From: Nemertoderma westbladi
Taxonomy: Eukaryota > Animalia > Xenacoelomorpha
Length of the DNA stretch: 64,000 nt
Assembly (NCBI GenBank): GCA_032718475.1
Contig: JAUCBJ010001286.1
Location: forward strand, 95,255-159,254
Reading direction: 5' to 3'
The position numbers and the translations under genes are program-made. This document shows positions 48,201 to 61,647 of the stretch, in pieces. The notes under the pieces were generated by a model that worked only from the letters and a program-made list of their open reading frames with translations, was not told where the DNA came from and made no database searches. Numbering within the stretch: the stretch's first letter is position 1; every line of letters starts with the position of its first letter.

Positions 48201-48843
48201 CAGATTGCCACTCTATTTCTCACTTTTCCCTGACTTTTTGAAAAGATTCCCTTATCCTAAAAGATACATTACATTTTTATAGAATATATTATATTAACCG
48301 GTTTATCTTATTCATAATATGTGATAATTGAATGTACCGACATACTGACTAACAGGGGGTTGTGATGTATATATTAACTGATTCTATATTTTCTTTTGTA
48401 GTTAAAGGTTGTAAGACTCTAGTGTTTACCTTAAAGTTAATATCTTATTCATGACCGTTTTATTATATTCCAAACAAAGTTAAGTAGATATCATTAGCGA
48501 GAAACTACCACAGACAAAGGAGCGATAATAATTAATTAGTGACAAAGAAGAGAATACAGAGTGCCTGTATATATAATATATATTTGGTGATATGATGAAA
48601 TGGAATCGCAAGCGAAGCGAGCCGAGAAAATTTTACACATTTTCGTTTCTGGCACATGTCCTGTAGGACCTACCGGTACTGTACTGTAGGGCCTACCGGT
48701 ACTGTCCTGTAGGGCCCACCGGTACTGTACTGTATGTATCAAAATTCCCTGACTTTTCTCTGATTTGTAAATTTTTTACAAGAATTCCATGGCATTTCAA
48801 GAAAAATGAAATTCCCTGACTATTCCAGGCGAGTGGCAACCCT
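48201..48843. mobile_element. Non-autonomous TIR element remnant
   Basis: gattgccactc / gagtggcaacc ends; repeated ttccctgact subterminal motif. Confidence 0.5.
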
Positions 48844-48859
48844 TGATAACTTTACTAAC

Positions 48860-49001
48860 TTGTGCTGAAGTATTCCCCTCTACCATCGAAACCCCCGATT
48901 ATATAAATACATTTTCCTACCACGGCAACCCCATGGTAAGCTCTTGCGTTTCCGTCTAGATTGCCTACAATCCTCCAATGGTCAGCATTTACATCGTACA
49001 C
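48860..49001 (-). CDS. KLHL10: KLHL10-like kelch exon (5'-most exon found in the window)
   Basis: ttctag|VYDVNADHWRIVGNLDGNARAYHGVAVVGKCIYIIGGFDGRGEYFST A|gttagt. Confidence 0.9.
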
Positions 49002-49709
49002 CTAGAAACAAACAAACAAAGGAGGCACGCACTATAAAAACAACGGATGGTAAAGGACCAATATATGTAAGACAACAATCATCCTGAAATTAGTAAAGAA
49101 TGACCTAAAGTCGGCAAGTCGTTGTTAAATAAAATTTAATAAACTAATGAGTTACAGTCATTCCCTTATTACTACGGTTGTTAAAAATATAACCATAACA
49201 TTTTGGTATGTAACCTCACATCTTGGTGTCTCTGGACCCTAAAATTGGGTGGAAATTATTTTTTGTGCAAGTAAACATCGTCAGTGTTGTTTAAACAGCC
49301 AATATTTATAAAATTGGCCCCAAAATGGCTTTGTAATGGGCAAATGTGAATTTTGCCCCAAAGGCTATTTATCCACCAATATTTGTTGGAATATATCGAA
49401 ATTTAGAATATAAGTTCAAAAGACCCTTGCATCAAGGGTCCTAAGGCCTTCAAGGCCTTGTAACTAAATTGCGAAACAAAATTAAAATTAAAGTAGAAAC
49501 GAATTGCGACGACTATGGAGAATCGGGAAGCCTGGAAGGATCTCATTTCCACTGTCCAAGTTCACTCGACAGTAGTAGAGTGTAACCATATAAATATTAA
49601 GATTCATTTCTAAGATTCTAATAAAATTAATTTCTTTGTTTCCTCTGGAGAGTATAGTTCTGGGGGGGGGGGGGGGCACTAGAAAGAAGTTATCACACTT
49701 TGTCCGTAA

Positions 49710-49971
49710 TCCGTGGCCTAACGGCAGAAGAAAATTGAATTTACTTCTTTTGCACAAGTTTCTGTGTACAGGTTAAATTTGCCTGCAGAAACAGTTCCCA
49801 GCAAACCGCGTAATACTTTGATATATTTAAGCATAATTTAAAATGAATTATCATTTTAATATTATGTAAGTAAATAATTCGAGTATTTACAACAATTGTG
49901 AAAATATCAATAAATAATCTGTAATTGTGAATCAACTTTAACAGCGTGAAACACTAATTTGTGGTATAAAT
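49710..49971 (+). repeat. Dispersed repeat; diverged direct copy at 52510-52823, with an inverted relative of the adjoining 49640-49740 segment at 41880-41990
   Basis: ccgtggcctaacggc.gaagaaaattgaa...caggttaaatttgcctgcagaaacagtt...cactaatttgtggtataaata in both copies. Confidence 0.85.
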
Positions 49972-50299
49972 AGTAAATGTATAACACAATTAATTATATT
50001 AAATTGCCTCGATTTGTTATTATCGCCACCGTGATTACGATGGCCTAATTATTCCAAAATTGAATATGTTCATAATGTTTTCTAAAAATATTGCTTTCTT
50101 GCGTCATTGTATAATTTACTCATTTAATTACTATGTACTGTTATATTTATTAACAACCCCCGTTGATATTTCTGATTATCAATATGATTCAATCAATACG
50201 AGTTATTGATTGAATAATTAATAAAATGACCTACTGTACATGTAGGTCATGGAACAACAAATTTTTATTATTATTTTATTTTATTCAATTCGGACTTGC

Positions 50300-52440
50300 C
50301 GACAATAAAAGATAAGATAAAATAAAGTACTGGGAGATGCCCTGCACAAATAAACATATGATATATAGCCAGCTATGCGTGTAGTTATAAAGGAAATTAG
50401 GTTGCACAAATGGTAATACTGCGAAATCAAAACAGTGAGTCAAAATACAGGCCACAGGGGGGCGAGACACAATGAAGTAAAATTAATAGTATATACAAGT
50501 TAAAAAAAAAAGGATAAAATCAGTGAAGTTAAAAATGCCAGCAATCGATCGCAAACGACAGACGACGCAAACGGTGCACAAACCATCTCTTACGCGATAT
50601 TAAAGAAATTAATTATCCGGTCGTGTTTAACACGGAAGGGACCTGAACTGGAATAACAACTACGTATGAATTGTAAAATGATTGATTCTGCAGTAGAGAT
50701 TGACCCAGGATTCATTCGTTTCTGTAGAGAGTTTAAGCTGTAATCGAACGTGAGCAGGGATGACATTTTGGGCCTCGTGAACGCCTTTCTACTTTTCTCG
50801 TAAGTTGAAAACACACCGACGTGTTCCGGATTTTGTCCGATATGAGGAATACGTGATAGTGATCTCATGAGCGATTGCAGGATAATGTTTGGGCAGTCCT
50901 TTACTCGCATTATAGTGCCCATATATACACAAGCGGTAAATTTCAGTCGAAAGCGGTTTACAGCCGACCAGGCGATCAATTATCTGATTGTTAACGTAAG
51001 GTCCAAGAGGAAGAACACCCCGTAAAGCTGAACGATAATAAGAATCAAGACGTTTAATTTCCGCCCTACTCATTGATCTCACTAAATATTTAGCGATGTA
51101 TGTGATCAAGGGAACCGCCACATGTATCCAACTGTGTCACAGTTTAAGTGGCAGGTAGTCCACCAACTTCTGTGGAAAAGGTCTGACGCCTGGGCGATTA
51201 ATTGGATACAGTTCTGGAGGGAGCATGCTATTTGGCTAAAATCGGAAAACCCAGAAAGCTGATCAGTGAGCTTGTTGATAACAAGGTCCCGTTAATGTTT
51301 AAGAACACAGGAAAAGTTTTATCCAAACAACCCTTTCCTAGATGGTAAGACCATTTTGTTTTACTATCCTCCACTTGCAGGTTAACATCGTACAACTCAG
51401 ACGACATCATACTGTAGATATATTCAATATCTTGAGCAGATCGACCAAACAAGAGAACATTGTCTGCGTATGCAATGACGCCAAGCCACAGGAGATAAAG
51501 GTTGAAGTTACAAAGTTCTGCAACCAAGTCTGATAGAGTGCTGGCCGTATACAGAATGTAGAATAAGGGGGACAGCAATGCTCCCTGTTTAGTGCCTCAG
51601 ATCAGTCTAACATCTCTACTATCAATGATTCCGCCAAATTTCAGGAAGATAAATGTTGAGAGATAATAAGAGAGAGTAACTTGACATATGAATGGATTCA
51701 CATGACCAATTAAATTTCGGAATAAATTTAAATATTCCACATTAACAAAGGCATTAGTAATGTTCAGTTGACATACATAGACTGTCTTTCCATTAATCCG
51801 CCGGGCTTCCAGAAATTCAAGAACTGTAGCTACAATAATGTCGGATCCAATTTTACGTTGGTAAGCAAACTGAGAAGGATGAATGAAGCCTGGGAGTGCC
51901 AAGAACTCATGAAGAATGCTGACACTTGCTATTGGACGATACGATTTTGGTGAGAGTCTATCCCGGCCCTTTCCCTTATACAGACTTATAACAGCTGTAT
52001 AACCAAAAACATCTGGAACTTGGCCTAGACTAAACCAGGCATTCATTATGTCTACCAAAACGCGCCCGCTAACTTCAACGCATAATAAATGTTCAACAAC
52101 AAGAGAAAATACGTCTGCTGATTTTCCCTTTACCAACGCAAGAACCGCACGCTTAGCTGTTGTTGGTGAGATAATTGGCAATGTAGAATCAGCATATTTG
52201 GATTCAGCTCTGAGATTAGTACATTAATATCCGCTTCAGTCTTGGGGTCCCGTATATTGTTAGTTGCGAGGTTCTCTCGTATAGACTCTCGAGCAGATTC
52301 TGGAGGGGGAGTGATCTTAGAATTGAGGTTGGACCAAAAATTATTTGGATTTTCTCTCATATACCTACCTTGCTTTTCGTAGAATCGATTCAGACCTGTT
52401 CTTTTTTAGTAGCCAGTTTTTCAGCCGACGTATTGATTGA
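50300..52440 (-). mobile_element. Degenerate 5'-truncated non-LTR retrotransposon (RT pseudogene)
   Basis: SYRPIAS, QFAYQ, NITNAF, QG(A)LLSPLFY, IAYADN spread across several frames. Confidence 0.8.
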
Positions 52441-53229
52441 CCGACGAGACTCGTTTATAGACGGCCCCATAAACAATCTATTGACATTATTGTCATCACA
52501 ACACGATAGCCGTGGCCTAACGGCGGAAGAAAATTGAAGATACTTCTTTTGCAAAAGTTTCTATGTACAGGTTAAATTTGCCTGCAGAAACAGTTACCCG
52601 CTAAACCGTAGTAATGAAAACGATTTAAGTAAATCCGTAGTCAAAAATATTACTTAAAGGTATAATACTTTGATATATTTAAACATAATTTAAAAATGAA
52701 TTATCATTTTAATATTATAATAGTAAATTATGCGAGTACTTACATAAATTGTTAAAATCTCGATAAATAATCTGTAATTCTGAATCAGCTTAACAACGTG
52801 AAGCACTAATTTGTGGTATAAATACATAATATACGTACAACAAAACGAATTCACATCTCTCCGATTTTTTCACCTTTCCATGAGAGGTTACTTACTATAT
52901 AGCTTTGACTTAAATAATTTGCTTTTTCCGTGAGGCCCAGCCAGTGCACCACCACCATCTTGTGCTTTGGCTGTCTTAACAGACACTATCTACATAATAA
53001 TCAAGTAAGGTTCCCCCACTCGTGGCTAGACTATGTATGTGGTTTGCACTGAACTTATCCCTTATCGATTTCAGTTTTTATTTTCCAATTATACCTGAAA
53101 CAACTAGTCCACCAATCACAAGTCAACAATCAATGACGTCACCGATTGGACCAAAGTCTCGCAATTCCGGATCGCAAATTGCAATCCCGGATCCGTTGAC
53201 TGGTTGTACGGATGTGTACGAAGTGCGAT

Positions 53230-53815
53230 AGCCCGGAAAATTTACATCGTATTGATGAGTTTTATAATCAAATAATTTCGGCTATTAAATCTGCCGCTCA
53301 TACTACACTGCCTAAAAAAGCCAAATTTTATTATAGTAAGAATAAACCTACAGTATTCCAGGACGGAATGTATACAATAAAGCTTTTTATGACGAATCTC
53401 GTTTTTATTTTAAACTATAGAGGCGAGCATAACTGTCCGAAGTTTGGTCCTACCTTTAATCAATATACAGTATACGCTCAAAGCGCGCGTTTAAGCGTGT
53501 GATGCGTCCTTGTAAATTAAATTAAAATTAAAATTTGATTAAAATTAAAAAAATTACAAAATTAAATTAAAAAAAAATTAAAATTTGATTAAAAATTTAA
53601 ATTAAAACCGTTTAGCTGAGTCTCTATACAATAATAATATGAATAATTTCTGGTCCAATGTTAAAAAAAAAAGTAACTATCCCTCTTATTTTCTTCAATA
53701 AATATTCATGGTTACATGCCAGCACCACTTATTGTAAGTTATATTATTCCTCTAGTCAAGGATAAAAACGACGATATTACTGATTCAGATAATTATCGTG
53801 GAATATCGACCACCG
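53230..53815 (+). pseudogene. Small degenerate LINE ORF2 fragment
   Basis: IDEFYNQIISAIKSAAHTTLP; IIPLVKDKNDDITDSDNYRGIS (start of RT). Confidence 0.65.
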
Positions 53816-55382
53816 CTATTCCTATTCGAATACACTATTCGAATAAACTAAAAAATATTCCTAATAGTGTTCTGCATAAAATATTACTATTATTATACTG
53901 AATAAAATATTGCTAATTTTTTTTTTAAATAGGCCCATTCCTAATATTTTCAGAAAACTATTCCTAATCGTATTCCTAATACATTCCTAACAGAAAATAT
54001 TTTAGGCAGAAAGAGATTGACATTAACTGTTATTTTTTTCTCAATGTAGAAATTAGATGATAAAAAATACAAATAGGCCCTACATTGAGAAAAAAATAAA
54101 ATAAAATGTATGCCATAATCAGCTCATCCCTTTGGCCTTTGCGGCACCCATTACATGTGAGGGTTTGTGGGTTTGGGTTGTTTGTTATTCTATTGCGAAC
54201 CGTTAAGAGGATGTACCGTTAGTCAAATTAAATTGTTCCTGAAAATGGAATGTCCTTGAACTGCGTCATCGGTTTTAAGAAGAAGGCGTTGTTGTGTGAA
54301 TGAACTGCTCATACCAATATCTAATGCACAGCATTTTAGCCAGCAGGGTTTACTTAGCCTGTGTGCCTGGATCGGCCTTATTATAAGAGTTTCTCTGATT
54401 GGCTTATTCCACAACACATGATACATAAATCAAGCCCTCCAATTGGGTAATGAAACTGCTGATCTAAACAACCCAATATTTTAATTGCATTCATTCAATG
54501 TCCTTATAAAGTTTGTTTGGGTGCGTCGGGGTCATTATCCTAGAGTTTGAGTACAAACTTTATTGTTAAATTAAGCATTGATTGAGGTTTATACCTGTAT
54601 ATTTGTTTTATTTGTATATCAGTTACGGGTCGGCTATCTGTTTCATCCGTTGCTGAAGCCTATGCATATAATATAGGAAATAAAAAAGGCTATAAATAGG
54701 GATAAATAGGAAAACAGGCAGAAAACATGCAGACATGGTAATTGTTTAATGTGAAGTGAATGCTAACTGTTTATTTAGTGTGTGAGGCGAGACACATAGT
54801 GGGCGAATCCTGAATATATATTATTATATTATACGGGTGGAGAATCCATTGTCACAGAAGCAGAAGCGTATAACAAAAACAAAGATATATCGAAGATATT
54901 CGAAAAAAAATGTGAAAAAAAAAGAAAAAATGTGAAATTAACCAGGAAATATTGCAAAACGACTCATCAGTTTAGCCTTCTTATATACCGGTACTTGTTG
55001 GTTGTTGCCTTCTGTCTGTCCTCGTGCACTACAGCACTATGATTCATTCTGTCAATGTCAGGTCAGAGTTTGTTCTTGCAAAAGGATTTCCATAGTTGAT
55101 CCACTGCTCCGCAGGCCTCAGCCAGTGTTCTTTCTTGCTGGGTTGTTTTGTTATTCCGAAATTATCAGTATTATAGGCTGCTGAGAGACTGTGCCAGAAC
55201 CAGATACCTGGATTGCTGGATAATGTCTTTAAACGGCAAATTTTTCTATGTGAAGAAAATAGCCATAATATCGTAGTCTTATTTTAATTGTCTGTCTATC
55301 TATATCTCCTGTCAGTATGTATATATTATTATGTGCGTGGTATAACACTCAACACTGGCTGACTGGTGTCAGGCGAGTTACT

Positions 55383-57040
55383 TATTAATATATTATTAAT
55401 CAACGATCGGGCTACTTAAAGCCCCTGTTGTACATATACATACATAATATTATCAACAATTTCAGTAAATTAAACATTTCCAATAGACAGTATACAGTAG
55501 TTAGCTAACAGTTGCACGTAATTTAAATGCATGAAAAATATATCGCGCAATATTCAAAACTTTAGTAGGATCGTCAGTTTGCATTAATTCAATAAATTTT
55601 AAAAAATTCGGGAAAACCATATATCTCATACCCAAGTATCTGCACCGCAGGCTGTGATAAAAAGTGCAACCTAATAGAAAATGGTACTCGTCTTCTACTA
55701 AATTACAATCGCACATATTGCAAATTCGCTGGTCCCTAGCTATACCGTACCATCGTCCCGTTTCAATACTCAGCCCGTGTGATGAGCATCTAAATTGCGC
55801 AAAAAGCCGGCGCAACGCTAAATGATTACTCAATATGTAAATGTAAGTAGAGGGTTTGAATGTTTCCTTTATATAAAATCTTCCTTTTGGGGACGATGCT
55901 ACTTCTGATCTCCAAAATTGCACAAACTGATCAGTGATACGTTGCTTTACATTGAATAGAAAAGTATTAACACTATTACCTACATCCTGATTTTGCCAAG
56001 CCCAACTAAATCCTAAATCATTTAGTATTCCTCTTAATTGCACAACCCAACTTTTTGGCGTTAAATGACTACTACTACTATCTAGTACGTTATTCAAATC
56101 ATTGCACAACATTAAATAAGCCTGTTTCACCAACCTAGTATTTGGTAGATTAATAATTCTGGTCCAATACTTAACTAATCTGAATCGACGTTCGAAAATA
56201 AGTGGTAATTGACCTGTCTCTCCATATACTGCAAAATTTGGAGTAGTTTTTTTAACACCCAGAAAATTTTTCAGAAACCGTAGGTGTACCCTTTCTACAT
56301 CATCAGCTGTATCAAAACCCCAAATTTCAGCACCGTACATTAAAATAGGTTTCACTAAAGTGTTGAATAAATTTATAGCACAATCGAAAGTAGCATGGGG
56401 AAATCGTACAAAGTATTTTAGTAAAGAAAAATATGCTCTACTACCTCGTTCTGCAATGTTACTTTGAGCAATATAAAATTTTCCAGATACCGTGAAGATA
56501 ATACCTAAATATGTATACTGATTAATTTTTGGCATCACTTTGTTATTGTAGTAAAATTGCACCGCCGATGGACGACCTTTGTGACCAAAAACAACAACAT
56601 TAGATTTATCTAAGTTTACTTCCAAGCACCAATATTTACAATAAAATTCTAGAATTATTAGGGATTGCTGTAAAGCTGCCTCAGTCTCTGCCAATATAAC
56701 GATGTCGTCTGCAAATAGCAATAAGAATAATTTCATCGTACCAACATCTATACCTTCAATGCCACCTTGTCTTAATTCGTTTTCCAAATCATTAATAAAA
56801 ATACTGAACAAAAAGGGTGATAAGCTCTCACCTTGTCTTACTCCTATAGATACTAAAAATGTTTCTGACAATTTACCATCTACTTTTACACATGACTTTA
56901 CACTACTATACATATTCTTAATAACATTTAGCATTTTGCCACCCGCACCTAGATTGATTAATTTCAACCATAAAGCTGCACGACTAACTGAATCGAATGC
57001 CTTTTTCAGGTCAATAAAAGCACAATATAATTTTTTCTTA
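55383..57040 (-). mobile_element. 5'-truncated, recent non-LTR retrotransposon with an open RT + C-terminal CCHC frame
   Basis: FIDLKKAFDSV, GVRQGESLSPFLF, LFADD, CNMCDCNLVEDEYHFLLGC; stop at 55501; AT-rich tail; 9-bp TSD CGAGTTACT at 55374-55382 and 57041-57049. Confidence 0.92.
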
Positions 57041-58199
57041 CGAGTTACTGAGTTACAGTTAATGTAATGGAACGATGCCTTTCGTGGCGCAAGCAGGCAA
57101 GTATACTCAAATGGTCAAATGGTTTAAATTTTCTAAATTATTTGAAACGTACGTACGGGTACGGTAGGCCTACCAGTACAGTGTACTGTTGGCGTACATA
57201 ACTCAGGCCTATATATCTCACAGTTTCCTTTATAACTATTTTAAGTCATATTGGTCAGTTTGTCTTTCTGTCAGTTAGTTGTTTTATATCAATTAAATTA
57301 AATATGCCTAAATTTGTTTTTAACCTGGTACCAGGCACAGACAGATTGTATGGTAAATCATGTTTTTAAATAAATGTATAGACCTATTTTAAGTTTATAT
57401 GAAATTGGTTCACATACAGACATAGGCCTATATTATTTTTTATCGAGGCCTAATTTATTTTTAACCATGACACTCAGACTCAATTTTGACATACCTTCTT
57501 GTTAGCTAATTCTTACAGTCAGGTCAGACAGTAACAGTAGAGCAGTAGAGTAGGCCTACATGGCCTATAATATAAATTAAATTTAATGTTGTTTATATAA
57601 AAAGATAGCTTGGTCAATTTTGAAATTATTTTAACTCTACCTATATCATGTCCATGTCATGTACATAACTTCTGAACTTAGGCCTATTTAACTAACAGTT
57701 TCCACATTTTTCAACTCATTGCAGCATTAAGCAGTTAAGGTCAATGTCAATGTCAGAATGTATTATTGTAATTTGTGATTATTTATTTTATTGCATGGGT
57801 CTGTGGGTATTCTCAATCTCAATGAAGTTGTTAGGTTAGGCAGTTAGCTGGTTAGTCATACCGTACGACTGTACTACCATCATGTTGCATGTGAGGAGGT
57901 GTTTATCTCTACTTCCTGACTTCCGAGAAACTTAATAACCGCATTACGTACCGGTAGTCTAACAATAAAACAATATTATTTATGGTAATTGGATGGATAT
58001 ATATATCTATATATTGGTAGTGTTGTTTTAAAGTTTTTATAGTGTTAATTGTAAATGTAATATTATTGAAAATTAATAGCGGAAAACCTGGTATCAGGGT
58101 ATCATATACCAGTACTGCAGTATACCTACTGGCTAGGCCTACTGCACGAATTTTATGATTTTATGGCGAACCTCGACTTAGATATATATAAAATTGTAT

Positions 58200-58836
58200 A
58201 ACTAGAATAGCCAGCAAGCTGGCTGGAAAGAGCCCGGGGGAAGAATCATAGCCAAGACTATTACAAAGAACTATGTCCAGATGTCAGTCAGCAGTAAGTA
58301 AACTAAACAATTGTCTAAACTGTAAGGCGTGAGGCTACCGGTAGCTGACTTTGTGGCTCGCCCCACATAATAAAAAATTACACTTTGCTACCACTAAAAA
58401 ATATGATATGAAGCAAATAATTTCATTATCAAGCACGTTTACAAGATATAAGATAAGATTACCGAATATTTACAAAAAATGTCCATGATGCACAACCAGA
58501 TAATAACAACGAATAGAGTCAAATAATAAATTTAGTTTCCTGCTAAATGTATTACCCCGTCGTCAAGCGGAATATCTCTTCCCAGTGAGTCCGACAAAAT
58601 AATTTAAAAAAACGAAATATATCAAATACCACACATAGATAGAATCGATCTGATATTTTGTAACGAGATTATGAACCACCAAAGCAATATACTTGTAAAA
58701 TTTCAACAAAATCGCCAGGCAGGAAGTGCCTGAACCTGAATAATTATCAGTCAGTCAGTCAGTCAGTGTTTTTACAGTGATTTTTACAGTGACTGAGATT
58801 TTTACAGTAAGTATCCCGCTGTCGAGCGGGCTCCTA
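58200..58836 (+). mobile_element. Putative Helentron/HINE (DINE-1-like) non-autonomous element
   Basis: Starts aactag; internal (CAGT)n at 58748-58767; 3' hairpin cccgct-gtcg-agcggg; gagccc near the 5' end is complementary to gggctc at the 3' end. Confidence 0.5.
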
Positions 58837-60212
58837 AATACCGGTAACAATTACAATTATTGTTGGCAGGTGTCATGTCAGGGTGTGTTTTATTGACTAA
58901 TGCTGTAATGGAAATTTGAAACGTCTTTTTGGACTTTGGCTTTGATATTTGGATTATTTCCTGATTTCTGTATTTCAGTATTTACCGGCCATACAGTTTG
59001 TTTGAGATGGCTTTGCGATTTAGTTAGAATTATTTGATTTACTTTAAGATAAATACCTGTACCCTGTGCCTGTATGTACGATACGGTATAAATTAGCACT
59101 TTCTGCTTTAAATTGCTCCCTTAACACGTTGTGGGGGGCCTTCGCGCATTACGAAGTAAGCAAGCCCAGCATACGGGTACCACTACACAGTATTTCGTTA
59201 ATATTAATAATATAATAATAATTGTTTATTCGTAAACTTAACAAATGATTATACAGTTATAGTAAACCAAAATGTTAAAGGCAGTATATGCAGTATGCAC
59301 ATGAATGATAAATATACTAACTGATAGTTCAGCGAACAAAATGATAAATGTGCTAACTGATAGTTCAGCGAACAAGTGTCAATCACTTGGGACATTGCGT
59401 ATATAATTTAAGTAAGCTCCCAAGCTAACTAAATATATAGTGCAGACCCCCATTTTACATATATATTGTATTTATACTGTATATGACAATTTTTGGTGCC
59501 TATTTAGTAGTGTTAATTTTGCGTACCTGTAATTCTAATGGCAATTGATTCAATTTTCTGATTAGATAGACTAGACTATCTATTATACCCATGGCGCCAT
59601 GGCCGATGGCAGACATGCATGGGTATCGAGAGTTTTAGGTGTTTTTATTTTGAATGTGCGTGTATTTTGTGTTGGCTTATTACCCGCTTTTTTTTTAAAT
59701 GTACCGGTACGGTTGTTGACGAACTTAAAATGGTGCAGATAAATTATGCGAAATAATGTATTTGAATAGAAATAAGATGCAGAAGTAATCGTGGTTGCTC
59801 TCTAGAGTGTAGAGAGAGACTTGGAGAACTGCTTATCCCTCTATCCCTCTCACGCAAATCATATTGCAAATCTTTACACAGACTGGCCGACTCTGCAACT
59901 CGCTAAATACAGCAGTACAATATGTACCAAGTTTGGTCTATTGGCATAAATATTCTGTTTGGTTTACATTTTCATCAACGATTGGCAAGAGTGGGAGATT
60001 GAAGAACGGGCACAAATTCCCGACGCAGTTATATTTCATACTTTAACAGATTGACAGTTATTAGCGGTCAAACCGTCAGACAGAGCCGACACACAAACCA
60101 ACCTTGAAACATCAGTACCAGTATTCAAAGCTCGTTTGCTTTGTCAATGGCTCTTCAAGACTGGTGCTCCCATTATCATTTGTATTTAATTAGGCTAGGC
60201 TATGCATGCACA

Positions 60213-60421
60213 GGGTGTAAACGCTACGCTGACAACCGACAACAGCCGACAACCATTATTAAAGCTAATTATTGTTAATTATTAATTCAGGGAAAGGAAC
60301 AGGTTACAGTGTAAGGTTATTCTAACCAAAACAATAAACGAGATTCACGAAATCAAGTTACATTTTTGCTGTTGTCGGCAGTGGTTGTCGGCTGTCGGTT
60401 GTCGGCGTAGCGTTTACACCC
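60213..60421. mobile_element. Mutator-like MITE with 9-bp TSD
   Basis: TIR gggtgtaaacgctacgc.gacaaccgaca / tgtcggttgtcggcgtagcgtttacaccc; TSD GCATGCACA at 60204-60212 and 60422-60430. Confidence 0.9.
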
Positions 60422-60774
60422 GCATGCACAGCAGATCTGTATTTGATTGCTTTAAAGTAGGTCTATAAATTATAATATTTAAATTAAATATAAAACAATT
60501 CAGAAGTAAGTGAAAAATAACAACTTTAATTGCGATAACTCGTTTACCTGTTTCATTTGAACCTATATTAATAGAAGATGTACCTATATATTGTTTGTTA
60601 TTGTCGCGGTCTACACTGCCACAACCGGTGCTTATGAGGTTGATATACCTACACGCTACACGGACTAAATTACAGACTAAAAACCAATCGTGTAATTAAT
60701 AATAGCCCTGCCCTACCCCGGCTGGCTACCTTGGAACCACCTCGCAACTTACCAGGTAATTTTAATGGTGCAAA

Positions 60775-61647
60775 ATGTATTATGTTGGGAACTTGTTTTA
60801 TAATTTCCACAAATTCTACAAAGAAATTAATGCTGCTACTCTAACTGGTGCTATAGACGTTATTGTCGTCAAGCAGGAGGATGGTACGTACATGTGTTCC
60901 CCTTTCCACGTCCGCTTCGGCAAGTTGGGAGTCCTCCGAAGCAAAGAGAAGATGGTTGACATCGAGATAAATGACGAACTCGTTAAACTCCCGATGAAAC
61001 TCGGCGACTCTGGGGAAGCCTTCTTCCTCGTGGAGGACCTCGAATCGGATGACGAGTCGGCGAAATCCAAGTCGGAGGAATCGCCAGCAGTGCCTCGGAA
61101 GGGAGTCGAGTCTATCGAGAAGAAGAGATGGAGGAAGAAACACCTCCGGAAAAGTTTATCCTCCGTCGCGTTGCCGATGTCGACTACGACGACGACGAGT
61201 TTCGAGTCGCCGCGTATTGTCATGGAGACAGCGGGTGAGTCTGTGACCGCGCTGTCGGTAGTGACGGCAACGGAGGTGGTCTCGGACGAGGAGCGGTGCA
61301 GCGACTTCCATCCGTTCAGCGACGGCGAGCTCCCGCCGACCTCATTGGGCCAGCTGTCCCCGCTAGCCGCCGCGCCCAACTCGGACACCGAGCTGGAGCC
61401 GCGCCGGGCCAGCGGATCGGAGCTCCCTACCGCGGACGCCCTCACCTGGACGTGGGGCGCCGTGCCAGAGTCACAGGAACCCAACCCCGAGAAGCGTTCC
61501 GTGCTCGGCTCTATGCTGCAGTACATGCGGAGCAACTCGGACCGCGGCCGTGAGGAGTCCGGGATTTATCTCGACTCGGTCGCCTCGATGGAACCCGATG
61601 TGCTCCGCTTCTATCTGCAGCAGAGTTCGCCGGAGGGCGCCGTACAG
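60775..61647 (+). CDS. LPIN: Lipin (phosphatidate phosphatase), exon 1
   Basis: N-LIP: YKEINAATLTGAIDVIVVKQEDGTYMCSPFHVRFGKLGVLRSKEK; basic NLS-like KKRWRKK; donor CAG|gtaagg. Confidence 0.95.
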
